The position numbers were made by a program, and so were the translations under genes. From Thermoplasmata archaeon (GTDB lineage: Archaea; Thermoplasmatota; Thermoplasmata; Lutacidiplasmatales; UBA184), in NCBI GenBank assembly GCA_021798195.1, contig JAJZYH010000004.1, forward strand, positions 8,095 to 72,094: DNA of 64,000 nucleotides. The letters run 5' to 3'. The notes beneath the pieces were generated by a model. It was not told where the DNA came from. It saw only the letters and a list, made by a program, of their open reading frames with translations, and searched no databases. Below, one piece after another: positions 55,095 to 64,000 of this stretch. Every line of letters begins with the position of its first letter. Positions within the stretch are counted from its first letter, which is position 1.

Positions 55095-55323
55095 GCACCA
55101 CGACGCGCATGAAGCTCAGGAGGACGGGGTCCACGGCTCTCGGGGGGTGATCGGGGATCGGCAGGTCCGCGAGGAGTTCCCGCAGTTGCGGGTGGAAGGA
55201 GGCCGCCGCGCGAAGGCCCGCCGAAGTGGCCCTCCACCGGGGAGGTGCCCGGGCGTTGAAGGCCGACTCGGCGGCCAGGGAAAGGAGGGCGTTGTCCGGG
55301 CAGACAAACAGGAGGGTGGGCAT
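54907..55323 (-). CDS. LMW-PTP/ArsC-fold protein with degenerate active loop
   Basis: LLFVCPDNALLSLAAE...ATSAG...DWDL. Confidence 0.65.
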   Translation of the reverse strand: MPTLLFVCPDNALLSLAAESAFNARAPPRWRATSAGLRAAASFHPQLRELLADLPIPDHPPRAVDPVLLSFMRVVVLIAHDPDVPVPEFLKSRVDVDWDLRYAPDLPASDLPDVRRQMVERFAALQTLCRERTPQFLG

Positions 55324-55762
55324 CGCGGCAACCCATCTGGAACGCCCTACTTCAACGCGCCGCCAGGGAGCGGCGAAGCGGCTTCCGCGTCCCATGTGTT
55401 CCACGGAGCCTCGGGCAGAGTCCGAATGACTCGGGGCCGCGGACGGGAGGTTCATGGCACGGGGCGCGAGGCTCGGGCTGCTGCGCAGAGAGGGACCGAA
55501 GGAGGCCGATCCTCTTGAACAGGCCGGGGGAAATGGCTCTTGACGCGAGGCCCTGACCTTCGAAGGCAGGTCCGGGGCGGAGGGAGCCCAAGAGCCCCGG
55601 GGGTTCAAGAACGAGGGAGCCCCCGGGGGCCCGATCACTCTGGAGGACCGTGGATGTGGTGGGGGTGGGGCCGAAGGGGTGGTCCTTGCGCCTCCGCGTC
55701 GGTCGAAGGCGGGGATGACCCTTGTGCCGGGGAAGGGGCCGGAGCAAAGAACGCTTTCAACG

Positions 55763-56530
55763 TCAGGCGGGGCGTTGGGCTATCACGAGCAGGCGGTGGG
55801 AGGTGACGCGAAGACTCCCCGTGGCCAAGATCCCGTGGTGAATCTCCTCCAGCATGGCACGGTGGCGGGAGACGGAGAAGCCGGGCACCTCCCACGGGAT
55901 GGCCTTAAGGTAGTACACGACAGCGCCCACGTCCAGGAATTCGGTGAAGCCGATCCACTCCTCTTGCCTCCGCACTACGAAACCCGCTCGTGCGATCTCA
56001 TTCGCCAGGGCAGCACTGCTGGAAACGTCGTTGGTGGGCACGCTCGCCTCCGCCCCGAACCGCTCCCTGAGTTCCACGTTGTTGAGCCCTCCCACTTGCT
56101 GAGCGACGAACGATCCCCCCGGTGCGAGGACACGGTGAACCTCCCCGGGATCGAATTCCTCGTGACGGTCGAGCACGAGATCGACCCCCCCATCGGGAAG
56201 CGGAATGCGATTGTCGGGCCCGATGGGTAGGACTTGGACACCGAGGGGAGTTAGACGGCGTCGGGCGACCTCAAGATTCGGCGCGTACCCCTCGGTGGCG
56301 AACGTCTTGCGCGGAAGGGGGGCCATCGAGGAGAGGACCTCGCCGCCTCCCGTCCCCAGATCGAGGAGGCCGGACGCATGGGCGATCCTATCCCGCGCGA
56401 GCGCAGAGTAGTCCCAGGGAGGGTTCTCGTGGCGCCATCGGCCATCCAGCGCCGAGAAGTCCCATCCCGAGAAGGGGGTCCGGGACGCCTCGGATACAAG
56501 TTGGTCGAAGCTCTTGGCGGAGGCGGGCAC
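55763..56530 (-). CDS. Class I SAM-dependent methyltransferase
   Basis: FSGWDFS, LDLGTGGGE, ATEGYAPN, VLAPGG..QQVG, YYLKAIPWEVPGFS; start uncertain. Confidence 0.88.
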   Translation of the reverse strand: MPASAKSFDQLVSEASRTPFSGWDFSALDGRWRHENPPWDYSALARDRIAHASGLLDLGTGGGEVLSSMAPLPRKTFATEGYAPNLEVARRRLTPLGVQVLPIGPDNRIPLPDGGVDLVLDRHEEFDPGEVHRVLAPGGSFVAQQVGGLNNVELRERFGAEASVPTNDVSSSAALANEIARAGFVVRRQEEWIGFTEFLDVGAVVYYLKAIPWEVPGFSVSRHRAMLEEIHHGILATGSLRVTSHRLLVIAQRPA

Positions 56531-57177
56531 AGGAGACCCGGAACCGCATCTTGTCCTTAACCTCGTTGAACCGCCGACCCCTTCCCACGCCGGGGAGGCG
56601 GGAAGCGTACCCGGGGGGAACGAGTCTTCTCCCATCCCTCGGTCCCCTGCAGGGGCACGGCCTCCCGGGTCCGCATCTCACACGTCCAATGGGCGGGGCT
56701 CGCGAGGACCTCCAGGACGCCCTCGCCCTCGACTTGAGGGTTCCAGCCCTGCCACCCGTGGTAGTAGTCACGCATGCCGTTCCGGGGGACACGATGCGCA
56801 CCCCATTGCCCTCCCATGGGGGCAGAGTTCCTGAGGGATCGCGTGGTGGCCTCAGCAGCTCGGTATGAGCTTGGCCGGGGGCGAGGCGCCCCACACCCTC
56901 GGCACAAGTCGGAAGAGCGGGGCCCCAGGCACCGAGCGAGGACCTGCCCAAGGGATCAGCCCGAGGGATAGGTCCCAACGTGGACAAGGGCCGCGCCAAT
57001 GTCCGAGGGCGACGGGCAATGAAGAACGGGGAGGGCGAGCTCGGGCACCCATCCAGTGGGTGGGAGGTGGGGTTCCCTTTGGGGGGAACGGATGGGATCC
57101 TCCCCAGGGGTCGGGAACCTGCCTTGGCCCCTCACACGGTGGGTCCACCGGACGATCTTTCGGTGACCTCCCTCGGG

Positions 57178-57259
57178 CGCTGAGGGGGAGATTCGAACTC
57201 CCGTGGCTGACGCCACCGGTTTTCAAGACCGGCGCCCTACCAGGCTAGGCTACCTCAGC
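57178..57259 (-). tRNA. tRNA-Ser (TGA)
   Basis: GCTGAGG/CCTCAGC acceptor stem, G73, CCGGT-CTTGAAA-ACCGG anticodon arm, long variable arm, GGGAG-TTCGAAT-CTCCC T arm. Confidence 0.95.
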
Positions 57260-57308
57260 GCGTGGGCCCGGCACGGGAGCGGACCACATTAATGTGTGGC
57301 CCGAGGAG

Positions 57309-57409
57309 TGCAGGCGCCGGGACTTTCGCCCCCCACCGGACCGGTGCGGGGTTTCGAACCCGGGTAGTCAGCTTGGAAGGCTGAAATCCTACCACTAGAT
57401 TACGCCTGC
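57309..57409 (-). tRNA. tRNA-Gly (TCC) with 30-nt intron at position 59/60 (57323-57352)
   Basis: GCAGGCG/CGCCTGC acceptor stem, TCAGC-CTTCCAA-GCTGA anticodon arm; T arm interrupted by a BHB-forming insert. Confidence 0.92.
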
Positions 57410-57443
57410 CTCTCCGGGGCCGCCGGCGCATGAGCCGAAGGGG

Positions 57444-58094
57444 TTAAAGGTTGTTCGCCGCGGGGCGGCCCGAAGGCCCTGCGCTCCCCTTGCCGGGCAT
57501 GTGGTGCGGGCCGGATCCGGGAAGGTCCGTGAGCGCCACAAGCTCCAGGGCAAGGAGTTCCCACCGTTCCGGGGGGACCGATCGGAGATCCGCGGAGGAA
57601 AAGCCGAGCCGCGCCATGGTGCGCTCCGAGGGCGCCCTGGGGAACGCCTCCGGATCGGGCTCAAGGTTCAGGGCCTCCAGGAGGGGGGAGGCCCACTCCC
57701 CGGGAGAGGTCACCACCACGAAGGAAAGGCTGTCTTCCCGTAGGCCCACCCTCCCCAGGGCGGGGGAGAGCTGGTCCCAACCCGCGAGGTAGAGGGCGAG
57801 TTCGGCGCCCGGGTCGGTGAGGTGGGCCCTTCCCTCCTGTCGGGCCCTCTCCGCATGGAGGACCGCGGACGCAAGGTGGCGCGCTCCCGCCACGGAGTCC
57901 GCATCCAGAAGCTGCGCCCACCCCTTCCCTTCCTCCCCCGCCCGGGATCGGAGCCATCTCTGGAGCCCGTCCAGGAGCTCCAGTGGGTTCCTCTGATCGC
58001 CGGGAGCCATCCGGGCGCCCAACGCCACGTACTCCTCGGGCGCGCCCGGGAACTCGGCCTGGGAGGTCATGGATGGCGCGGCCTGGGGGGGCAC
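57444..58094 (-). CDS. cgi121: KEOPS complex subunit Cgi121
   Basis: QLLDADSVAGARHLASAVLHAERA...ELALYLAGWDQLSPALGRVGL...LALELVAL. Confidence 0.78.
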   Translation of the reverse strand: MPPQAAPSMTSQAEFPGAPEEYVALGARMAPGDQRNPLELLDGLQRWLRSRAGEEGKGWAQLLDADSVAGARHLASAVLHAERARQEGRAHLTDPGAELALYLAGWDQLSPALGRVGLREDSLSFVVVTSPGEWASPLLEALNLEPDPEAFPRAPSERTMARLGFSSADLRSVPPERWELLALELVALTDLPGSGPHHMPGKGSAGPSGRPAANNL

Positions 58095-58103
58095 CGTCCT
58101 CCC

Positions 58104-58715
58104 TCAGGACTCCAGGAACCGGATGAATTCTTCCCGGGTGCGGGGCTTCAGGACGTAGTTGTGGCCCTTCTCCCAGCCGATGGTGGAGGTGGGCGTCGGG
58201 CCATAATCGTGCCCGGGGAGGACCACCGTGGCATCGGCGAGTTGGATGACCTTCCCGAAGAGGCTGTCGTACATCTGGGAAGGGCTCCCGCCGGGCAGGT
58301 CCGTTCGGCCGCATTCCCCCACGAAGAGGGTATCTCCCGTGGCCACGTGCCCCTCGAAGAGGTAGAGGACGCTGTCCCCCGTGTGCCCCGGAGTGTGGAG
58401 CACATGGATGGGAAGCCCATCCACCGTGAGGACATCCCCCTCGCGCAGGGAGACGTCCTGGTCCAGGGGCGCGGTGTGGAACGCCGCCACCTTGGCTCCC
58501 GTCCGGGCGCGCACATCCTGGTTGCCCGCGTAATGGTCCGGATGGCTGTGCGTGTTGAGGATGTAGCGGACCTTCACCCCCAGTTCATCGATGGCCGTCA
58601 GGACGGGGTCGATCCCGTAGGAGGGGTCGATCACCACCCCTTCTCCCCGGTCCCGCCCCGCCACGATGTACGTGAAGTTCTGGACCGGCCCGATCCGGAA
58701 CTGCCGAAGGAGCAT
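58104..58715 (-). CDS. Metallo-beta-lactamase-fold hydrolase (glyoxalase II-like)
   Basis: THSHPDH, HTPGHT, TGDTLF, PGHDYG. Confidence 0.92.
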   Translation of the reverse strand: MLLRQFRIGPVQNFTYIVAGRDRGEGVVIDPSYGIDPVLTAIDELGVKVRYILNTHSHPDHYAGNQDVRARTGAKVAAFHTAPLDQDVSLREGDVLTVDGLPIHVLHTPGHTGDSVLYLFEGHVATGDTLFVGECGRTDLPGGSPSQMYDSLFGKVIQLADATVVLPGHDYGPTPTSTIGWEKGHNYVLKPRTREEFIRFLES

Positions 58716-58772
58716 GACCTGGGGGAACCCCTTCCCGATTTGAGATTTCCACCCCGGGGTCGAGTTCCGCGT

Positions 58773-59756
58773 TCAATCGGCGAAGGGGGTCGAGTCCTCC
58801 TCGAGGACCTCCCCGGTGACCGCGTCGATCACCAGGCGCCCGGTCCACCCCTCCACGACCCAGTACGGAACGTAGACCAGGTTGGCGGGGCCCAGGGTGA
58901 TCTCCTCGTCCTGGGGGGGTACCCGTCTGCGCTCGATGATGAGGGCCCCCCCCCGGTGCTCGGTGTGGTCCACGTACCCGGCGTGCCGTTCCCGGAGGGC
59001 TTCCCGGGCCCGGGCCTCGGCGTCACCAGGAGAGAGGACCGGCTCCTGCTGCTGGTGCGGGACCGAGAGGGAGGAGACCAGCTCCCGCTCCCCGGGGGGC
59101 CAGAAGACGACGTGCCCGGTGAGCGCCTGGACCGCGGCAAGGGCGGGACCCGTCCGGGGTCGACCATCCCCCCCCACCACGACGTACCCGAAGAGATAAT
59201 GGGGGAGCAGGAGAAGGGTGGAATGCAACGGGACCAGGCGGGCCTCGGCCATGCGCATGGCATCCGCCTGGTCCAGGCGGGGCCGGATCACCTGTTCCCC
59301 TGCCGGCCAGAGATCGGGGGGGAGGGTGGAATCCCCGGGGCCCGCCGTCCTCTCCGCTCTCCATTCTCGGGGGGCCCGTATGGGGAGCGGAGCGGGGGAC
59401 CCCGGGACCCCTTCTCCCCCGGGGGAGGCCCCGGGCAGCAGCAGGTCCCCCAGGACCCTGGGCAGGTCCCTCCATGAGACCACTGCCCCCCCGGATGCAG
59501 CGCTCTGCGGGAGAGGCCCGTCGGGCAACTCCGGATCGAAGACCACCGTCAGGGTTCGCGGGGGGCTGCCACCCCCCTCGGGATCTGGGGAGGCCCCGAT
59601 CCCCCCCGCCTCGCTCAGGGTATGGACAACGGTCACGCTCTGGCGCCCCTGGGGCCGAAGAGCGGTCCACGAACTTCCCCGGGGATGGATCTCGTAGCCG
59701 GCCGCAAGGAGGAGGGCGCGGAAGGTCTCCTCGGTCTCGGAGAGGGAGGGGGACAC
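58773..59756 (-). CDS. Hypothetical protein with internally repeated PepSY-like C-terminal segments
   Basis: LLPHYLFGY...AVQALTGHV and YVPYWVVEG...VIDAVTGEV. Confidence 0.65.
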   Translation of the reverse strand: MSPSLSETEETFRALLLAAGYEIHPRGSSWTALRPQGRQSVTVVHTLSEAGGIGASPDPEGGGSPPRTLTVVFDPELPDGPLPQSAASGGAVVSWRDLPRVLGDLLLPGASPGGEGVPGSPAPLPIRAPREWRAERTAGPGDSTLPPDLWPAGEQVIRPRLDQADAMRMAEARLVPLHSTLLLLPHYLFGYVVVGGDGRPRTGPALAAVQALTGHVVFWPPGERELVSSLSVPHQQQEPVLSPGDAEARAREALRERHAGYVDHTEHRGGALIIERRRVPPQDEEITLGPANLVYVPYWVVEGWTGRLVIDAVTGEVLEEDSTPFAD

Positions 59757-59885
59757 GGAGCCGGGAAGGACGTGCGGGGCTATGACACAGGCGGTCCCGG
59801 GGGGGGAGAGCCCGCCGGAAGGGCCGGTTCCCTCCCACCCGACCTAAGAGCTTATGGGGGCTCACCGGTTCAATCGTTCTCCCCT

Positions 59886-62111
59886 ATGGTCGAGTCGGTG
59901 ACCCTCCGCGTGGCCGAGGCGTTCCAGAACGATATCGGGCTGGGCACCGCCCGGATCGACGTGGGGACCCGCCAGCGCCTGAAGGTGGGGGTGGGCGACA
60001 TCATCGAGATCCGGGGCAAGAAGACCACCGCCGCCGTGGTGGGGCGCTCCCAGACGGAGGACGAGGGAAAGGGGATCATCCGGGTGGAGGCCGTGGTCCG
60101 TCGCAACGCGGGGGTCTCCATCGGGGAACGGGTCGTGGTGAACCGCGTCGATTGCCCCGTGGCCGACTCGGTGACCATCGCGCCCATCTATTCGGGCTCC
60201 AACCGCATGGAACTCGGTCCGGGGCTGGAACAGTTCGTGTCCAAGGCCCTGAGCCACCGCCCGTTCGTCCGGGGCGACGTGTTCGTGATCCCGGGGGTCT
60301 TCCTCATGGGGGGAGCTCTCCCCTTCATGGTCGTGGCCACCGCGCCCAAGGGCATCGTCCAGGTGGGCCCCAGCACGCTCATCACCATCCGGGAGGAGAC
60401 GGTCACCGAGACCGAGATCGCGGCCCCGAGGATCTCCTACGAGGACATCGGCGGGCTCCGGGAGAAGCTCGCCCGGGTCCGGGAGATGATCGAGCTTCCC
60501 CTGAAGCACCCCGAGCTCTTCGACCGGCTGGCCATCTCCCCCCCCAAGGGGGTCCTCCTCTACGGCCCCCCGGGGACCGGAAAGACCCTCATCGCCAAGG
60601 CGGTGGCCAACGAGGCGGGAGCCCACTTCATCTCCATCGCGGGCCCCGAGATCATCAACAAGTACTACGGGGAGAGCGAGAAGGAGCTCCGGGAGAAGTT
60701 CGAGGAGGCCGAGAAGAACGCCCCCTCGGTGATCTTCATCGATGAGATCGATTCCATCGCGCCGCGCCGCGACGAGGTCGTGGGGGAGGTGGAGCGCCGG
60801 GTGGTGGCCCAGCTCCTCACCCTCATGGACGGCCTTTCCGGGCGCGGCAACGTCATCGTCATCGCGGCCACCAACCGGGACGAGGCCGTGGACCCCGCCC
60901 TCCGGCGACCCGGGCGGTTCGACCGGGAGATCGAGATCGGGGTCCCCACGGCGGAGGGTCGGATGGAGATCCTCCAGATCCACACCCGGGGGATGCCCAT
61001 CGAAGGCACCGAGAAGGACCGGGAGAAGCTCCTCAAGGAACTCGCGGGCATGACCCACGGGTTCGTGGGGGCCGACCTCGCTGCCCTGGGGCGGGAGGCG
61101 GCCATGCGCGCCCTCCGGAGGTACCTCCCCGAGATCGACTTCGACAAGCCCATCTCGGTCTCCCTGCTGGAACGGATGAAGGTCACGCCCCAGGATTTCC
61201 GCGAGGCCCTCAAGCAGATCGAGCCCTCGAGCCTCCGGGACGTGGCCATCGAAGTGCCCTCGGTCCTCTGGGAGGACGTGGGGGGGCTCGAATCGGTGAA
61301 GGAGGAGCTCAAGGAATCCGTGGAACTCCCCTTCAAGAACCCCCAGGCGTTCCGGACCCTGGGCATCGATCCCCCCAAGGGGATCCTTCTCTACGGCCCC
61401 CCGGGCGTGGGGAAGACGCTCCTCGCCAAGGCGGTGGCCACCGAGAGCCAGGCCAACTTCATCTCCGTGAAGGGGCCCGAGGTGATGAGCAAATGGGTGG
61501 GCGAATCGGAGAAGGCCATCCGCATGATCTTCAAGAAGGCCCGGCAAGCGTCCCCGTCCATCGTGTTCATCGATGAGGTGGACTCCATCGCCCCCAAACG
61601 GGGCCTGCAGAACTCGAGCGGCGTCACGGAGCGCATCGTGAACCAGCTCCTCACCTCCATCGACGGCCTCGAGTCCCTGGAGCGGGTGATCGTCCTCGCC
61701 GCGACCAACCGCCCGGACATCCTCGACGATGCCCTCCTGAGGACCGGCCGGTTCGATCGACTCCTCTACGTGGGACCCCCGGATGCGGCGGCCCGCCTGG
61801 GCATCCTCAAGGTCCACACGAGGCGGATGCCCCTCGAGGGGGTCTCCCTGGAGGCGCTCGCCGAGCGGACCGAGGGGTTCGTGGGGAGCGACATCGCCTC
61901 CCTCTGCCGGGAGGCGGCCATGCGCGCCATCCGGGAGAACCCCGGGGCCCGCAAGGTCACCATGCAGCATTTCGAGGGGGCCCTGGAGAAGGCCCATGCC
62001 TCGGTGGATCAGGAGACCGAGCGCTTCTATGCGGAGTTCAGCAAGTCGTTCTCCCAGCAGCGCCTGGGGCGGGCCAAGGCACGGGAAGCCACCGACGTGA
62101 TCTACCGTTGA
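59886..62111 (+). CDS. cdc48: Cdc48/VAT AAA+ ATPase
   Basis: N-domain plus two AAA modules ([16 protein letters not shown]); C-terminal IYR HbYX motif. Confidence 0.97.
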   Translation: MVESVTLRVAEAFQNDIGLGTARIDVGTRQRLKVGVGDIIEIRGKKTTAAVVGRSQTEDEGKGIIRVEAVVRRNAGVSIGERVVVNRVDCPVADSVTIAPIYSGSNRMELGPGLEQFVSKALSHRPFVRGDVFVIPGVFLMGGALPFMVVATAPKGIVQVGPSTLITIREETVTETEIAAPRISYEDIGGLREKLARVREMIELPLKHPELFDRLAISPPKGVLLYGPPGTGKTLIAKAVANEAGAHFISIAGPEIINKYYGESEKELREKFEEAEKNAPSVIFIDEIDSIAPRRDEVVGEVERRVVAQLLTLMDGLSGRGNVIVIAATNRDEAVDPALRRPGRFDREIEIGVPTAEGRMEILQIHTRGMPIEGTEKDREKLLKELAGMTHGFVGADLAALGREAAMRALRRYLPEIDFDKPISVSLLERMKVTPQDFREALKQIEPSSLRDVAIEVPSVLWEDVGGLESVKEELKESVELPFKNPQAFRTLGIDPPKGILLYGPPGVGKTLLAKAVATESQANFISVKGPEVMSKWVGESEKAIRMIFKKARQASPSIVFIDEVDSIAPKRGLQNSSGVTERIVNQLLTSIDGLESLERVIVLAATNRPDILDDALLRTGRFDRLLYVGPPDAAARLGILKVHTRRMPLEGVSLEALAERTEGFVGSDIASLCREAAMRAIRENPGARKVTMQHFEGALEKAHASVDQETERFYAEFSKSFSQQRLGRAKAREATDVIYR

Positions 62112-62262
62112 GGCCCATGGGGTCCCGGGGATCCCCCACGGGTTCACGGAGGCCCATCCCAGGGGCCCAGGGATGCCCCAACTTCCCAAACTATAAGTAG
62201 AGGGCTAGAGTTGGCGCCGCGTTTCCCGTCAGGGAAGCTCTGCCAAGGAGACGTGAAGAACA

Positions 62263-64000
62263 ATGAACCATGGGGCGATGAAGTGTGCCCTCCTCGCCAC
62301 GGTCCTCGTGCTTGTGATGAGCATCTTCGCCCAAGTGGCACTGGCCAGTGGACCCACCACGAACAAGCTCGCGGTGGAAGTCACCGTGAACGGGCAGCCG
62401 GCGCCCGCCAAGGTAAACGTCACCGTGACCAACCCCGCCAATGGGGCCCAATGCGTGGCCCCCACCGGCACGGGAGGCTATGCCTTCTTCACCAGCACCG
62501 CCTGCCCCGCCCTCCAGTCCGGATGGTGGTCCGCCAATGTGGAGCCCCAGGTTGACGAGGTGGCCACGGGCCTCCCCGCCATGCTCTTCCTCCCCGCCAC
62601 CCAAGAAGCGCCGGCGCAGTTCTACAGTGCCTCGCTCCTGGCCAGCGGCACCGCCGCGGCCTACGTGAACGGCGTGAAGGAACTCCCCCTGTCCAGCGCG
62701 ATCCATGGGAACGTGACCTACGGAGGATCGGTGCTCACCTCCCCCGTCTCGGTCCGCCTCCTGGATGCGAGCTTCCCGGGCTTCGTGATCGCCAGCACAT
62801 CCCAGCCCACGGGGGCCAACTTCGCCCTGGACGCCCCCCAGGGGACCTGGACCCTTGTCGCGGCAGGGAACGTCACCGGGGCCACCACGGAGCGGTACAA
62901 CTACACGATGGTGTCGGTGACTTCCTCCCGCGTGCAACAGAACCTGAGCCTGGGTAACTACCTCATCTCCGGGAGCATCGAACCCACCAACGGGGTCTTC
63001 TTCACCAATCCCGTGAACCTGACGCTCTACCAGACCTCCACCACAGGCATCTACAGCCGGGTCTCGGACACGGGATCCCCCTACTTCCAGATGGGGGACT
63101 TCGCCACTCCCTCGGGAGGGGCGAACCAGTTCCTCCTGTTCCTGGCCCCCGTGGGCTACAGCACCTCGTGGGCCTACGTGACCGCGAGCGCGGGCTCTCC
63201 CTCCACCTCCCTCACGGTCCACGTGATCCCGGACTCGATGGCTCCCACCCAGAGCACCACCGTGATCTCGTTCCCCACGGTCTTCACCTCCGCCACGGTG
63301 AACTCCTGGGTGAACATGACCAACGACAGCACGTTCCCGGTGCTGGCCAATTCCACCGTAGGGGACCTCTGGGCCCAGATCGGGCTCGATTTCGGGGGCG
63401 GTGTACCCAACGCCACCACCTCGGCCTTCTCCGCGTTCCGTTCTTGGCTCAACTCCACGGGGCCCATCTACCCGGTCGATGCCATGGGGCTCGCGGTCAA
63501 CGGCACATCCTACAATGACACCGGGGCCTATGGGCGTGCCAGCACGTCCATTGCCGGGACGACCCCCTTCACGAGCTCCGCGGGGTTCCAGTACAACACC
63601 AGCGGGAGCTACCAGATCGCCAAGGGGGCGAAGCTCGTCGCCAACGGGAACAGCTACAACCTCCTCTTCGGATTCGACTATGCCACGGCCCAGGAAGCCT
63701 ACCACTACCGCTTCGTCCTGCCCACGGGATACGTCTTGTCGGCCGGGACCCAGGCCCCCGCCGGGACCTCCCTGGTCCCCTCGGGACCGGGCAACACCTG
63801 GACCAGCTTCACCCTGATCCCGGGGACGTCCTACTCCGGGATGGGCAGCGCCAACTTCACGGTGGTGAAGTACTCCAAGGTCACCGCCATCGTCAACGTC
63901 ACCTCGTCGAACTTCGCCTTCAGCGCCAAGAACATCCTGAACTCCTCCCGGAGCAACTACACGGCCCTCGTGGGTGAGGGCCAGCCGGTGGACCTGTCCG
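62263..64000 (+). CDS. Large secreted surface glycoprotein (3'-partial)
   Basis: MNHGAMKCALLATVLVLVMSIFAQVALA signal peptide; Thr/Ser/Asn-rich with many sequons; no stop seen before the window end; absent from the ORF track. Confidence 0.85.
   Translation, partial: MNHGAMKCALLATVLVLVMSIFAQVALASGPTTNKLAVEVTVNGQPAPAKVNVTVTNPANGAQCVAPTGTGGYAFFTSTACPALQSGWWSANVEPQVDEVATGLPAMLFLPATQEAPAQFYSASLLASGTAAAYVNGVKELPLSSAIHGNVTYGGSVLTSPVSVRLLDASFPGFVIASTSQPTGANFALDAPQGTWTLVAAGNVTGATTERYNYTMVSVTSSRVQQNLSLGNYLISGSIEPTNGVFFTNPVNLTLYQTSTTGIYSRVSDTGSPYFQMGDFATPSGGANQFLLFLAPVGYSTSWAYVTASAGSPSTSLTVHVIPDSMAPTQSTTVISFPTVFTSATVNSWVNMTNDSTFPVLANSTVGDLWAQIGLDFGGGVPNATTSAFSAFRSWLNSTGPIYPVDAMGLAVNGTSYNDTGAYGRASTSIAGTTPFTSSAGFQYNTSGSYQIAKGAKLVANGNSYNLLFGFDYATAQEAYHYRFVLPTGYVLSAGTQAPAGTSLVPSGPGNTWTSFTLIPGTSYSGMGSANFTVVKYSKVTAIVNVTSSNFAFSAKNILNSSRSNYTALVGEGQPVDLS

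Noticed and set aside
56557-56907. 116-aa ORF (CRGC...DYYHGWQGW)
   Set aside because: No recognisable family, promoter or codon bias; at most a remnant.
57178-57259. Selenocysteine system (long-arm tRNA with TGA plus a SelB-like gene)
   Set aside because: Anticodon TGA reads Ser UCA (Sec needs TCA); 7-bp acceptor stem; no selenoprotein or SECIS evidence seen.
1-64000. Many long antisense or alternative-frame ORFs (e.g. 18261-20894, 21135-23939, 34094-36724, 52334-55336, 59862-62189)
   Set aside because: Pro/Arg/Gly-rich shadows of real genes, expected at this GC content; no recognisable motifs.
1-64000. CRISPR array, rRNA, provirus or integrase
   Set aside because: No regularly spaced repeats, rRNA signatures, capsid or recombinase motifs seen; no tRNA 3'-end duplication found.

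Overview
High-GC archaeal chromosome segment, most consistent with an uncultured Thermoplasmatota/Thermoplasmata lineage. Archaeal markers include L10e, TFB, PAN, proteasome beta next to aCPSF1, Cdc48, Cgi121, archaeal AlaRS, an A1-U72 initiator tRNA and TATA boxes. Most of the window is housekeeping. The notable parts are: (i) a 5.1-kb composite mobile unit (34094-39218) bounded by 26-bp inverted repeats and an 8-bp target duplication, carrying a frameshifted chimeric MULE/IS256-like transposase, a low-GC secreted Cys-rich cargo gene, an IS1634-like tail and a 339-bp direct repeat; (ii) a tRNA-Gly(TCC) with a 30-nt BHB intron in the T-loop (59/60); (iii) a polyphosphate cluster (PPX, paired TMK-like PPK3 subunits, SixA, PhoU); (iv) a nickel SOD with its maturation protease; (v) a mutS-mutL-GNAT-PD-(D/E)xK nuclease operon; (vi) a type E succinate dehydrogenase whose sdhA appears to start at ACG; (vii) several degenerate paralogues (MCM-like, GuaA GATase-like, GvpD-like, ArsC-like). 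All calls come from motif recognition by eye; no searches were run.
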